A DNA stretch of 64,000 bases from an uncultured Bdellovibrionales bacterium (GCA_937927435.1 CALBDW010000018.1:484-64483); one strand, 5' to 3'; positions 9,431-19,675 are shown, counted from the first letter of the stretch. Numbers and translations are program-made. The notes: generated by a model not told the origin, from the letters alone.

Positions 9431-10123
9431 TTACCGCACCTTCAGTTCATAGCGGAGACTTCGCTCATCCTTCACGATCCCCTGCTCAGAGTGAAGATCC
9501 ACGTGCGTGAAGCCGACAGTGATATGCGGATAATAGTCGGCGGCGACGAAGTCTTCCTTTTTCCCGCCCCGCGCGCGGAATAAATTTTCGACAGTTTCGC
9601 GGATCCTCATCAACCGCTTCGATTTGACAATAATGTAATAAGTTCTCCTCTCGCCCCCATCGTCATCAAGCCGTCCTTCCCCCAGCCCGAGAATTTCCAA
9701 ATCCGCCTCCTGGATCTTTTCCCGAAGCGCGATTTCCTCGATTTCTTGCATGCGCAAATGGTTTTTAAGAATCGCGAATTCGGGAGGAGTGATCACGGTC
9801 ACGTGGGCTTCTCCACGACTGAGAAGCTTTAACCCCGTACTTTTTTCGAGACGCTTGCGCAGCTTCCGGACCGGCTCAAATGGAACGTTCAGAGCCAGAA
9901 AGTCATCGTGCCGGAGAAAAGGCTGTTTATGGACGTCGAGAACCTTCCGGCTGACGACCAAAGACTTCCCTCGAGAGAAGAGAAACCCGCTGATTCCGGA
10001 AAGCGCACGATAAACCAATCTCTTGATCATGGGATCCGCTTTAGCACGGACCATCGTCGAGCGGAAGCCCAGCGCCTGGGAAACGAGACTCGCCCTCATA
10101 TCTGCGCTCTGGCACAATGTCAT
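9431..10123 (-). CDS. 2H phosphoesterase superfamily protein (LigT / cyclic phosphodiesterase-like); start uncertain
   Basis: Two HxTx motifs at the usual spacing: EAHVTVITPPEF and YYPHITVGFTHV. Alternative starts lie at 10054 and 10030. The assignment rests on these motifs only. Confidence 0.5.
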   Translation of the reverse strand: MTLCQSADMRASLVSQALGFRSTMVRAKADPMIKRLVYRALSGISGFLFSRGKSLVVSRKVLDVHKQPFLRHDDFLALNVPFEPVRKLRKRLEKSTGLKLLSRGEAHVTVITPPEFAILKNHLRMQEIEEIALREKIQEADLEILGLGEGRLDDDGGERRTYYIIVKSKRLMRIRETVENLFRARGGKKEDFVAADYYPHITVGFTHVDLHSEQGIVKDERSLRYELKVR

Positions 10124-10159
10124 TAGGTACGCATAACGGCAGCCGGATCTCGTTCGACG

Positions 10160-11950
10160 ATGTTAAAAACGCTTTCCATTCTCCTGACATTGTACGTTTA
10201 TTCGCCCGTGGCCGCCGCCACACCGCCGGTCGTGCCGCCGACGTCTTTGAAAGGGGCGAAATTCGCCGCTCCTGTAAATCTCGAAAACGTCGTCAAAAAC
10301 GACCTCACAGGTCTTGATAAGGAGGCGAAACAGGATCGCGAGCGCCTTCTCAACCAAGCCCGCACCTATATTCGCCTCCGCTCAGGCAGGATGCCCAAAG
10401 ACCAAGCGGCCAACTGGCTCGCGGCCTGCTTGAAAAGCACCCCTCAAAAAGCAAAAAAAAACCAGGAGAATCCGTATTGCACTTATGAGATTTCGCGCCG
10501 GGAGGGCCTGCCGCGAGGCCGGCCTCAGCGCACAAACCGCAACTCCGTCCGTGCGCTCGTGAAAGCCCTCGAAGAAGGGCGGTTTTCGGCAGCCGCCGAA
10601 AATTCCGTGTCGGAAGCCATGGCCGCGGTCAACCAGCTTGAATCCAGCGGCAAACTCGGGAGCTTGACCCAAAAGCTTCTCGGTCAGAAGTCCTGCGCGC
10701 CCGCTCAACTCACGTACGCGCTCGCTTACAAAATCGAAGAGCGCTTCCCCGACGTAGATGCCGTCGAACAGGCCAAGCGACTCTACCAAAGCGCTTCGTC
10801 CTGCGCCCAGGATCTGGCGGCCGCCCAAGCGAGCTTCCGCTTGGGACTGATCCACATCTGGCAGAACCAATGCTCTCAAGCTTTTGCACTCATGCAAAAA
10901 GTCGAAGATATCGCCGAGGCCTCCGCATACCATTCGCGCGCGAAGTTCTGGCGCTATCGTTGCGCAACGGGACGTTCGCAAGAAAGAGTCCGGAAAGAAA
11001 TCAAGGAATCGCTTCTTAAGCACCACCCTCTCAGTTTCCATACGCTCGCCATCGCAATGGAGGACGAGTCGCTGCTCAACGACCTTCTCCAGCGGGAGGA
11101 GCCGCAAGTCGCGCTTCGATCCGTCGTTCGGCCGGATCTGAATTCCCTCTTACGCGCCAGCGAAGCCTTGGCTCGCGCCGGTTCTCCGCATCTGGCGGCC
11201 GAAATGCTTGAGCGCAACGTGAACCAAATTTCTTCCCTAGAGCCTGGCGTGAGGCTCTACGTTGGAGCATTTCTCCACCGCATCGGCTACGCGCTTCCGT
11301 CGTTTAAAGTGCTCGGCGAACTCTTTCTCGATGCGCCTTGGACCGTAACTCCCGCGACTCTGCGCCTCTACTTCCCTCTTTGGTATTTCGAAGACGTCAA
11401 AGCCAAAGCGGAAGACGTCGACCCGCTTCTCATACTTTCACTCATCCGGCAGGAAAGCGCCTTCAACACCCAGGCCCGGTCGCCGGCCGGCGCGCGCGGG
11501 CTCATGCAAATCATGCCGCAAACCGCGCGTTCGGTGGCCAGCGTATCCGCGCGGCAGCTTTTCAACCCCGCGATCAACATCAAAGTCGGATCAAAATACT
11601 TCTTGAAGCGTCTGCGCCAGTACGAAGGAGACGTCGAATACACCCTCGCCGCGTACAACGCCGGCTTCAGCCGCGTGGATCAATGGAAAAAACGATACCC
11701 GACCGACAATAAAATGCTCTTTATCGACTTCATCCCCTTCCGTGAGACGCGCGACTACGTCGCTCTGATTCTGCGTAATTACTTCTGGTACGTGAGTTTG
11801 TATGAGGTGCAGACAAGCGCGTCGCTCATCGCCGCAAACGATGCCGGTAGCATGACGTCCCCTATGGCCAAGATTTTATCCATTGTGAACGCGAATGCGG
11901 GGCACGCCGCGGCGGCCAAATACATTCCTCAGATCGAAGAATCAAAGTAA
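10160..11950 (+). CDS. soluble lytic murein transglycosylase (Slt70-like: superhelical N-domain plus SLT domain)
   Basis: 596 aa with signal peptide MLKTLSILLTLYVYSPVAAA. The SLT catalytic block is LIRQESAFNTQARSPAGARGLMQIMPQTA...AAYNAG. Confidence 0.9.
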   Translation: MLKTLSILLTLYVYSPVAAATPPVVPPTSLKGAKFAAPVNLENVVKNDLTGLDKEAKQDRERLLNQARTYIRLRSGRMPKDQAANWLAACLKSTPQKAKKNQENPYCTYEISRREGLPRGRPQRTNRNSVRALVKALEEGRFSAAAENSVSEAMAAVNQLESSGKLGSLTQKLLGQKSCAPAQLTYALAYKIEERFPDVDAVEQAKRLYQSASSCAQDLAAAQASFRLGLIHIWQNQCSQAFALMQKVEDIAEASAYHSRAKFWRYRCATGRSQERVRKEIKESLLKHHPLSFHTLAIAMEDESLLNDLLQREEPQVALRSVVRPDLNSLLRASEALARAGSPHLAAEMLERNVNQISSLEPGVRLYVGAFLHRIGYALPSFKVLGELFLDAPWTVTPATLRLYFPLWYFEDVKAKAEDVDPLLILSLIRQESAFNTQARSPAGARGLMQIMPQTARSVASVSARQLFNPAINIKVGSKYFLKRLRQYEGDVEYTLAAYNAGFSRVDQWKKRYPTDNKMLFIDFIPFRETRDYVALILRNYFWYVSLYEVQTSASLIAANDAGSMTSPMAKILSIVNANAGHAAAAKYIPQIEESK

Positions 11951-12030
11951 ACGGGCGTTTGACTTTCTCGGCTCCGGATCTGAATCTGTTTTTAACGTGC
12001 AATTCCCGATGATGTGAGGACACCGGCATC

Positions 12031-12990
12031 ATGCGTTTCGTCGCTTTGATTTCGATTCTACTGATCTCCCTGAAAGCTCCGGCCGAGGAAAAGACCACGA
12101 AAGACACGCCGGCTCGCTTCACGGGCGAAGTGGCCCAGTACTGCGAGAAACACTTCCCCGGCTTGATCCAATCGGAAGTCCGCGCCGCCTGCGCTTCGAG
12201 CGCCGAAGACCATCAAAAGCTCGGGCGGAACCTCGTTGAAACCAGATGCCGCCTCAACTACGGAGACGAACCCCGCCTGGTCATGGCGTGCCTGATCGGC
12301 GCAAGCATCGCGGACGATCTCGCGAACGGACGCGAAGACTTTAAACACAAGCTTCAACTGTGCGCCGAAGCCTACCCGGTTCACAATGAAATCGACGCCT
12401 TCCTGCAGGAGTCGTGCATTACGGGCACACACGTCCCCGAATTGATGAACGTCGAGAACAAGGCCCGTTTCGAAGCTTGCGCGAAAATCACACCCGAGCG
12501 TTCCTTTATCGGCCCGTGCGCGGTCGGCCTCGGCCTCGTTCTCGAAGACAAGGAGTCGAGCGTTCCGCCGGTCGAACAAAACAAGGCCTGCGAACAGTAT
12601 TTCAACTTAAAGCAGTTTCATAAAGGCTATCGCGCCTGCCTGAACGCGCGCAGCCTTGTCGTCGATCCTAAAAGCGGCATCAAGACTTTGCTCAACGACT
12701 GCCGGAACATCTTAAGTGATAAAAACAACGAAACGGAAAACGCCGCTTGTCTTGTGGGGCTCGCGATCCACCAGAAATTGCTGAAGCGCGAGGATATCGC
12801 CCGGCGCTTCCAGAAGTGCGGCGAGAACAAGGTGACCTATCAAGACCGTGATTTTCTCGCGTGCCTCACGGCCGCCAGCTTAACCTATTTCACCGACAAG
12901 AAATCCGCCCAAAACGCCTGCCGCGAAATTTATACCAACGCAAAAAGTCGAAGTCGTAACGACTGCCTGAACTCGCTCAACCTTTTCTAA
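12031..12990 (+). CDS. hypothetical secreted Cys-rich repeat protein (16 Cys)
   Basis: 319 aa with signal peptide MRFVALISILLISLKAPA. Cys residues recur in pairs, with xACL(I/V)G-like motifs: MACLIG, PCAVG, AACLVG, LACLTA. Confidence 0.6.
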   Translation: MRFVALISILLISLKAPAEEKTTKDTPARFTGEVAQYCEKHFPGLIQSEVRAACASSAEDHQKLGRNLVETRCRLNYGDEPRLVMACLIGASIADDLANGREDFKHKLQLCAEAYPVHNEIDAFLQESCITGTHVPELMNVENKARFEACAKITPERSFIGPCAVGLGLVLEDKESSVPPVEQNKACEQYFNLKQFHKGYRACLNARSLVVDPKSGIKTLLNDCRNILSDKNNETENAACLVGLAIHQKLLKREDIARRFQKCGENKVTYQDRDFLACLTAASLTYFTDKKSAQNACREIYTNAKSRSRNDCLNSLNLF

Positions 12991-13002
12991 GGCCGTGCGC
13001 GA

Positions 13003-13707
13003 CTAGAAGACACCGTTTTTTTCAGCCCGCGCGATCGCCTCCCGGGCGGCGCGGGCGACTTCCTCCGGCCCGTACCTTTCGGCGTCCTCAAGAGCCGCGC
13101 GGACCGTCGACCGCAAAGCCGGATTCCCGAGCGCTTTTTCGAAAGATCGAATTGCGACGAGCTGCGGGTAAACGAGTGTAACCGAGCCAGCCGAGGCGGC
13201 ATGCTCATCGATGGCGCCTGCCTGTGGAGCTTGAGTGCAGTCATCAAGGCTTAAACACCGCTCTTCTTGCACCACTTCCGAAAGAAAGGCGACATCTTCT
13301 TCCGTCTTGAGTTCCCGCCCAAGCAAGAAGATGATGAGCCCCCGACCCGCACGGTCTTCCGGCGCGAGGTCATAATACTTCTCTCGCAACTTCTCTTTCA
13401 GCGAATCGGACAAACCACGCAGTTCTCGATCCAGCCGAGGGTCGTTATCGTTCTTCGACGCCAATACCTCATCGAGGAGCGCAAGTTTACGCGCGTCTTC
13501 TTCGGAAAGGCGGTTTAAGAGAACAGGATCTTCTGCCCCTCGTTCGACCTTTTCTCTGACAACCGGAGAAGAGGTTCCCCGCGCGACGCTTTTTCCCGAC
13601 ACTTCGCGCTCGGAAGACTCCAGTGGCGCACGGGTGCGCCAGAACGCGACAATCACGCCCGCAAGAAGAATAACGGCGAACAATAAAGTGGCTCTAGAGC
13701 GCAACAT
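13003..13707 (-). CDS. hypothetical membrane-anchored protein
   Basis: 234 aa with an N-terminal TM helix (LLFAVILLAGVIVAF). Its start overlaps the upstream gene end by 14 nt, suggesting translational coupling. No family recognised. Confidence 0.55.
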   Translation of the reverse strand: MLRSRATLLFAVILLAGVIVAFWRTRAPLESSEREVSGKSVARGTSSPVVREKVERGAEDPVLLNRLSEEDARKLALLDEVLASKNDNDPRLDRELRGLSDSLKEKLREKYYDLAPEDRAGRGLIIFLLGRELKTEEDVAFLSEVVQEERCLSLDDCTQAPQAGAIDEHAASAGSVTLVYPQLVAIRSFEKALGNPALRSTVRAALEDAERYGPEEVARAAREAIARAEKNGVF

Positions 13708-14389
13708 GGAGATCTTCTTTAATTTGCTTAGCGGCTTCGCGATTGATCACCCTCTTCAACTGATCCCGGGCGTAGAGTTCAGCATCAGCTCTCACCTTCT
13801 CCGTGCATGTTTCGCAATAAAGAGAAATATTCCCCAACATTATGACCGTGGACGCATACGCTCCACCGATCTGGCTGTCGCACGCGCTTTCACCCGCAAG
13901 CGGCAACCCCGTCCAAATACTTTTGATTTCGCGCCCCGCCTCGTCGACAAAAAGCCTCGGACACCGAGAATGCGGCCAATAGGAGTTCTGCCGCTCGGTA
14001 TGGCGGGCTTCGTGAAAAATGATCATGAGTCGAGCGATTTGCGGATGAGAAAAACGCGTGTAGTTCGCCGTGAGCACAATTCGCGACGGATCGGAAAACG
14101 GCGATACATAGGCCACGGCTCCGCCCACCGACGACGAATCATATCCGACCCTGAGAACCCGCGAGCGGAACCAATTGGAGTAAACGCTCCCGTCCACTTC
14201 CCCGAAAACAGTGGTGTGAAGAGCGGAGGCCGTCGCCCCGTAAATCCCTTCAAGCGACGCGAGATCCGAAGTTAATTGTTCCTGCGTTTCCTTGGGCACG
14301 TTGCGATCGAAAGTGAGCGCGTCGGCGTCGATTGCCGCCATCAGGCCGCACGCCCACGCACTCAAAAAGAAGCCAATCCGTCGGCTCAT
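13694..14389 (-). CDS. hypothetical secreted protein with HExxH motif (putative zinc metallopeptidase)
   Basis: Start moved to ATG 14389, giving signal peptide MSRRIGFFLSAWACGLMAAIDA. MIIFHEARHTE contains HEARH. There are several Cys in the C-terminal half. Confidence 0.55.
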   Translation of the reverse strand: MSRRIGFFLSAWACGLMAAIDADALTFDRNVPKETQEQLTSDLASLEGIYGATASALHTTVFGEVDGSVYSNWFRSRVLRVGYDSSSVGGAVAYVSPFSDPSRIVLTANYTRFSHPQIARLMIIFHEARHTERQNSYWPHSRCPRLFVDEAGREIKSIWTGLPLAGESACDSQIGGAYASTVIMLGNISLYCETCTEKVRADAELYARDQLKRVINREAAKQIKEDLHVAL

Positions 14390-14584
14390 ATTCCCTCTCT
14401 TCCCTGATCTGGAAAAAATCGCGACGATTCTTCCCGCAACGGAAAAATTTTGAACCAATGCGTGCAAGCGGTCGAATTATTTTTGCTGAACAACCGAGAA
14501 GGATTCTTCCACGTTATCTCAGAAATTCCCGTTTGAGCGCTCGGGCTCGTTGAGCGCCTTTATTCGTGGTATAAGCGGAAGCGA

Positions 14585-15847
14585 ATGGTGGTGCGAGAAG
14601 TTCACGAACCCGAAAACCCGCTTTCTTCACCCCACTTGCTGCTGGTGGTGCTCGCGGCGATTCAATTTGTTCATGTTCTCGATTTCGTCGTCGTCATGCC
14701 ACTCGGCGCTCATCTCATGAAAGCCCTTTCCATCGGCCCAACGTCGCTCGCTGCTTTCACTTCGGCCTATAACTTCGCAGCAGCTGCCTCAGGCTTAGCG
14801 GGCGCCTGGTGGCTCGATCGTTTCAACCGCAAAACCGCACTTTTGGTCACGCTGGCCGGCTTCGGGGTCGGCACACTCGCCTGCGCTTTTTCCTTCAGCG
14901 CAGAGACGCTCACCGCGGCCCGGTTTGTGACCGGGTGCTTCGGCGGCATCATTCAGGCCCTGCTTTTCGCGATCATCGGCGATTCGTTCCGCGAAGAATA
15001 TCGGGGGTTCGCGACCGGCATCGTCGTCTCCGCGTTTTCGCTCGCATCCATCGCCGGCGTGCCCATTTCACTCTGGTTTGCCGAACGTTTCGACTGGCGC
15101 TCGCCTTTTCTCGGATTGGCAGCTTTGACGGCACTAATCGCTGTCGCGACCTGGCGCCTCTTCCCACGCGTTCCCTCTGGAGTCCAAGCTTCCTCAGGAG
15201 CGACGCTAAGCCCTCTGGGAGAAAGCCGCTCCACTTTGCAGCTCATCTTCGACTCCAACTCGATGGTCGGATTTCTTCTGATCATCCTGCTCATGTTTTC
15301 GGGCTTCACCGTCATTCCTTTCATGAGCGCTTATCTCGTAACGAATGTGGGATTAAACGAATCCGATCTCCCCCTCGTTTTTCTGGTCGGCGGTTTCGCA
15401 ACACTTTTTACGTCTCAGCTTGCCGGAACTCTCTCCGACCGTTTCGGAAAGCCGACCGTCTTCGCTTGGCTCGCGGGCCTTTCCATTCTCCCGATTCTTG
15501 CACTAACTCATCTCGGTCACACCCGCTTGGTGTGCGCCCTCGCCGTGACAACACTCTTCACGGTGCTGGTATCAGGCCGCTCGGTTCCGGCGCTGGCCAT
15601 GATCACCTCAAGTGTGGAGAGTTCGTCACGGGGCCGCTACTTAAGCCTTACTTCCTGCATTCAGCAAATCGCCAGCGGGCTTGCCTCGCTTATCACCGGC
15701 CTGTTTCTCACGCTCAATCCGGACGGGACCATGGCCAACTACGAAAGGGCGGGCGTGTTTTCTTCCGTCTGTGCCGCTCTCGCAATCGTGGTTTCACGAA
15801 AATTGAAGCAAAAGGAGACCGGACCGCGAAGCCTCTCAAAAATCTAG
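14585..15847 (+). CDS. MFS transporter
   Basis: 420 aa with about 12 TM helices. The loop after TM2, WWLDRFNRKTALL, resembles the MFS motif A (GxxxDRxGRR). Confidence 0.85.
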   Translation: MVVREVHEPENPLSSPHLLLVVLAAIQFVHVLDFVVVMPLGAHLMKALSIGPTSLAAFTSAYNFAAAASGLAGAWWLDRFNRKTALLVTLAGFGVGTLACAFSFSAETLTAARFVTGCFGGIIQALLFAIIGDSFREEYRGFATGIVVSAFSLASIAGVPISLWFAERFDWRSPFLGLAALTALIAVATWRLFPRVPSGVQASSGATLSPLGESRSTLQLIFDSNSMVGFLLIILLMFSGFTVIPFMSAYLVTNVGLNESDLPLVFLVGGFATLFTSQLAGTLSDRFGKPTVFAWLAGLSILPILALTHLGHTRLVCALAVTTLFTVLVSGRSVPALAMITSSVESSSRGRYLSLTSCIQQIASGLASLITGLFLTLNPDGTMANYERAGVFSSVCAALAIVVSRKLKQKETGPRSLSKI

Positions 15848-16117
15848 ACAGCCGTTTGCCGAAAAACGGCCGCTTCCGAAACTTAAATAAAAAAGAACGG
15901 CCGGTTTCAGCTTTAACCCGTGGCACGGGAATTGGACTCTAATAAACGTCGGAACAACCATGGAGCTAAAGAGCCATGAAACACGCAGTTCTCAGCCGGG
16001 AGCGGCTCATCACCATTCTTTTCGTGTATATGTTGGCTTTACTCGCTTCGATCGCGGCGATCGGCTCCCCCTCCTCGCCGCACTCTGCGGGCCTTAAAGC
16101 GCCGCCGAACACGAAAA

Positions 16118-17080
16118 TCAACGGACGCTGACCTTGAACTTCTCCACCGCCGCCATGAGCTCTCGGAGAATGCCGGGCTCGTCGAACGAGTGGCCGGCGT
16201 CGGGAACGATCTTCAGTTCCGCTTCCGGCCAGGCCGCATGCAGATCAAAAGCGTTTTTCACCGGGCAGACGACATCGTAGCGCCCATGCACGATCACGGC
16301 CGGAATATGGCGAATCCGGTGCACGTCCTCGATGAGCTGGTTATCGCTACGGAACCAGCAGCCATGGACGAAGTAGTGGCATTCGATGCGCGCCATGCTG
16401 ATCGCCCGGTCGTCTGAAGTGAATTGCATAAAAGTTTCTGGATCCGGAAGAAGATGCACGGTCGATGACTCCCAACCACTCCACGCGGCCGCGGCTTCAA
16501 GCCGGGTCTTTTCGTCTTGGCTTGTGAGGCGCTTATAAAACGCTTTAACGAGGTCGCCGCGTTCCTCCGGCGGAATCGGAGCGATGTACTTCTGCCAAAC
16601 GTCCGGGTAAATCCAGTGCGCCCCGCGCTGATAGAACCATTCGATTTCCGATTTCCGGCAGAGGAAAATTCCGCGCAAGACCAAGTGGCTTACCGCCTCC
16701 GGATGAGTTTCCGCATAGGCGAGCGCAAGAGTGCTCCCCCATGAACCGCCGAACACCATCCACTTCTTGATTCCGAAGTGCTCACGCAGTTTTTCGATAT
16801 CACTCACAAGATCCGAGGTCGTGTTTTCTCTCAGTTCCGCGTGCGGCCGGCTCCGGCCGGCGCCCCGTTGGTCGAAAAGAATGATGCGAAAATGCTTGGG
16901 ATCAAAGATCCGGCGGTGTTTCGGGCTAATACCCGCGCCCGGTCCTCCGTGCAGGAACAAAACCGGTTGTCCTTCGGGGTTACCCACTTCCTCGACGTAG
17001 AGCTCGTGAAGGTCGGATACACGGAAATAAAAGGCCCGGTTCGGTTCGATTTCAGGAAACAACCCGAGATTGCCGTCCAT
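16118..17080 (-). CDS. pip: prolyl aminopeptidase (proline iminopeptidase, S33)
   Basis: 320 aa with LHGGPGAG and the nucleophile elbow GGSWGSTLALAYA. The C-terminal AGHS supplies the His. Confidence 0.9.
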   Translation of the reverse strand: MDGNLGLFPEIEPNRAFYFRVSDLHELYVEEVGNPEGQPVLFLHGGPGAGISPKHRRIFDPKHFRIILFDQRGAGRSRPHAELRENTTSDLVSDIEKLREHFGIKKWMVFGGSWGSTLALAYAETHPEAVSHLVLRGIFLCRKSEIEWFYQRGAHWIYPDVWQKYIAPIPPEERGDLVKAFYKRLTSQDEKTRLEAAAAWSGWESSTVHLLPDPETFMQFTSDDRAISMARIECHYFVHGCWFRSDNQLIEDVHRIRHIPAVIVHGRYDVVCPVKNAFDLHAAWPEAELKIVPDAGHSFDEPGILRELMAAVEKFKVSVR

Positions 17081-17109
17081 TTCAAGACTCCTTTAATAAG
17101 ACAGAACAA

Positions 17110-18285
17110 CTATTCCAATAACTCGGGACGCAAACGTTTTGAAGGCGCGGCCCCCAACTCGCGCAAGCGATCGATCTTGCGGAACACATTCCCAGGACCG
17201 TCGCGCAGCTTGCGTCGCGCCTCCTCGTACTGCTGAAGCCCGTTTTCGAAAACACGTCCGATTTTTTCGAAGTCCTCGTAGAAGCCGACGAACTTGTCGT
17301 AAAGTTTGGCCGCCTCAAGCGCGATTTCCTGCGCATTGCGGTTCTGGTGTTCCAGACGCCAGATGCTGGCGACGGTTTTGAGCGAAGTAAAGAGCGTGGT
17401 CGAAGTGACGATCGCAACACCTTTGCGCCAAGCCCTCGTCGCAAGCGTCGGATCATGGCGCATCGCCAGGACATAAGCCGCTTCAATAGGAGTGAAAAGA
17501 AATACGAATTCCGGCGTCTTGAGTCCCTTCAAGCGCGGGTAATGACGTTCGGCCAGTTCATTCACGTGCCGTTCGATTGAGGCGACATGCTCGCGCAAAC
17601 AGCGCGTGCGCTCTTCCTCCGACGCATCGGCACCCAGACGGCAATAGGCTTCATACGCCTTAAGACTCACCTTCGAATCGATAATGATTTGTTTTCCGTC
17701 CGGCAGCAGAACGAGAACGTCCGGTCTCAAACGGCCCCCGTCGTGATTTTCGAGGGACTTTTGCAGTTCGTATTCAAATCCTTCGCGAAGCCCCGACTCT
17801 TCGAGGATTCTCTCAAGCACCATCTCGCCCCAGTCACCCTGAAATTTTGAATCGCCTTTCAGAGCTTGCGTGAGCTGATTGGTTTCGTTGGCCATCCGTT
17901 CGTTGAGCTGCACCAAACGCTCAACTTCGGTTTTCAGGACAAGGCGCTCACGGCCTTCGGCGAGATAGTTCTCCTCGATGCGCTTTTCGAACTCCAACAA
18001 GCGCTCCTTAAACGGAGAAAGAAGTCGCTCCAAACCTTTTTCATTCGTCTCGCGAATGCGCGCCGATTCTTTTTCGATCAGTTGCGAGGCTAGCTGCGCG
18101 AATTCCGCTCGCGCCGCTTCTATCAGTTTCTCCTCGTGCTCCGCACGCTCGGCAATCCGCGTTTCGAGCAGCTTCACTTGTGTTTCAGCGAGAACTCGAC
18201 CGGCTTTTGCTTCGAAAAACTTCCAGAGGAGAAAGGCGGAAAGTGCGGCCAGAGCGACCGTTAGAAACGTCAGGACATACAACAT
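17110..18285 (-). CDS. rmuC: DNA recombination protein RmuC
   Basis: 391 aa. N-terminal TM helix, then a long coiled coil, then the RmuC nuclease-like core (RPDVLVLLPDGKQIIIDSKVSL...FVFLFTPIE). Confidence 0.9.
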   Translation of the reverse strand: MLYVLTFLTVALAALSAFLLWKFFEAKAGRVLAETQVKLLETRIAERAEHEEKLIEAARAEFAQLASQLIEKESARIRETNEKGLERLLSPFKERLLEFEKRIEENYLAEGRERLVLKTEVERLVQLNERMANETNQLTQALKGDSKFQGDWGEMVLERILEESGLREGFEYELQKSLENHDGGRLRPDVLVLLPDGKQIIIDSKVSLKAYEAYCRLGADASEEERTRCLREHVASIERHVNELAERHYPRLKGLKTPEFVFLFTPIEAAYVLAMRHDPTLATRAWRKGVAIVTSTTLFTSLKTVASIWRLEHQNRNAQEIALEAAKLYDKFVGFYEDFEKIGRVFENGLQQYEEARRKLRDGPGNVFRKIDRLRELGAAPSKRLRPELLE

Positions 18286-18558
18286 GCTGCGTTTACCTCA
18301 AGCGTTGAACGGGACGAAACGCCTCAGGCTAACATCGTCGGCCGAGCCCCGCAACGCCGGCCCAAAGACGAGACAACGTAGCACCGACTAGACCTAAATT
18401 ATGACGCGATATAGTTAAAACGTAGAAAAAAACCGCATTAAATGAGGCAAATTCTTCCAATTTTTGAAATTTTGAATGATGCTCCCGGTATAGAACACCA
18501 TCAATTAGAGTCGACGATGGGTTCAAGACCATCGTCATAACATCTAAGGAGAAACAGA

Positions 18559-19611
18559 ATGGATTTCTTCGGCAAACTTAAAATCGCGGTGCTGGGTGCA
18601 GCCATCGTGTCTACGTCTGTCGCATCTGCACAGACGGATTGGAAAGATCGCTTTAGCGTGGGTGGAGACCTCCGTTATCGCGTTGCACGCGAATTGGTTG
18701 GTGCCCCCGAGACAGAGACTGTGGACGACATGACAACCCGCCTTCGCGCACGTTTGAACGTTGCCGCGAAAGTCAACGACGCACTCACTGCTCATTTCCG
18801 TATCGGTACCGGTGAAGGCCCGCAAAACGGCTATACCCTAATGGATGATTACAGCAGCACAAAAGACTTTGGCCTTCTCCTTGGCTACCTCGATTATCAA
18901 ATGACTGATTCGTTCAGCTTCCAACTCGGTAAAGCTCCGAATCAGTTCTGGTCGGCTGGCCAATCCGCTATGGTTTGGAGCCCCGATATGAACTTCGAAG
19001 GCATCCAAGCGAAGTGGAACGGCGACATGGGTGACTTCAAGCCCTTCGTTACGTTGGCTTACGCTACGATGGACGACCAAGGCGGCAACAAGGCCGACAT
19101 CAACATGTTCGGGGCCCAAATCGGTACCGGCTGGTCGATGGAGCCCTTCAACATCGGCGTTGCTGTTGGCATGTTCAGCTACAACAGCCTCAAAGGAATG
19201 GACACCAATGGCAACAGCGTCGACGCTGAGTTCAACAACATCCTGAACGCAGGTCTCGAAGTCGGCTACGACCTCGGCTTCGCACCGGTTTCGGTCTTCG
19301 TTGACTATGTTCAGAACTCCGACCCGTCCGAGAACAATAAAGGTATGCTCGGTGGCTTGGCCCTCGGTAAACTCGAAGACGTTGGTTCTTGGATGGTTCG
19401 CGTGAGCTATCGTGACCTCGAAGCTGATGCAACTTTCGACCGCTTCGCTGATCCGTACTTCTTGGGCGGTGGTACTCAAGTCCGCGGTACGGAGCTTTCG
19501 GCCGCTTACATGTTCCTTGGCAACACTTCGGTTGGCCTCACTTGGAACAGCGGTACTGCAGCTAAAAAAACGGCTGAAAACTACTACCTCGACTTCACGA
19601 CGACGTTCTAA
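18559..19611 (+). CDS. putative outer-membrane porin (beta-barrel)
   Basis: 350 aa with AAGGAGAAA upstream and signal peptide ...STSVASA-QT. It shows alternating beta-strand periodicity and ends in TTTF (aromatic OMP terminus). Confidence 0.65.
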   Translation: MDFFGKLKIAVLGAAIVSTSVASAQTDWKDRFSVGGDLRYRVARELVGAPETETVDDMTTRLRARLNVAAKVNDALTAHFRIGTGEGPQNGYTLMDDYSSTKDFGLLLGYLDYQMTDSFSFQLGKAPNQFWSAGQSAMVWSPDMNFEGIQAKWNGDMGDFKPFVTLAYATMDDQGGNKADINMFGAQIGTGWSMEPFNIGVAVGMFSYNSLKGMDTNGNSVDAEFNNILNAGLEVGYDLGFAPVSVFVDYVQNSDPSENNKGMLGGLALGKLEDVGSWMVRVSYRDLEADATFDRFADPYFLGGGTQVRGTELSAAYMFLGNTSVGLTWNSGTAAKKTAENYYLDFTTTF

Positions 19612-19640
19612 TCGAACGCTCCGTCTGTCGATGGAAAAGA

Positions 19641-19675
19641 AAGGGCTGGTCACCGACCAGCCCTTTTTCTTTTTC
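19641..19675 (+). terminator. rho-independent terminator after the porin gene
   Basis: GGGCTGGTC-ACC-GACCAGCCC is followed by TTTTTCTTTTTC. Confidence 0.75.

Noticed and set aside
14809-15942. 377-aa ORF overlapping the MFS transporter in another plus-strand frame.
   Set aside because: The sequence is Arg/Pro/Ser-rich nonsense (RLRGRHTRLRFFLQRRDAHRGPV...). The MFS frame gives clean TM helices.
15976-16131. A 51-codon ORF (MKHAVLSRERLITILFVYMLALLASIAAIGSPSS...) between the MFS and pip genes.
   Set aside because: It has no convincing Shine-Dalgarno, overlaps the 3' end of pip by 14 nt in convergent orientation, and competes with another 45-codon ORF in the same spot. The evidence is insufficient.
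18513-18536. A tRNA-like T-arm (GACGATGG-GTTCAAGA-CCATCGTC) upstream of the porin gene.
   Set aside because: The loop is 8 nt and not the TTCGAAT/TTCAAAT consensus. No matching acceptor, D or anticodon arms occur at the required distances. It is more likely a 5' UTR hairpin.
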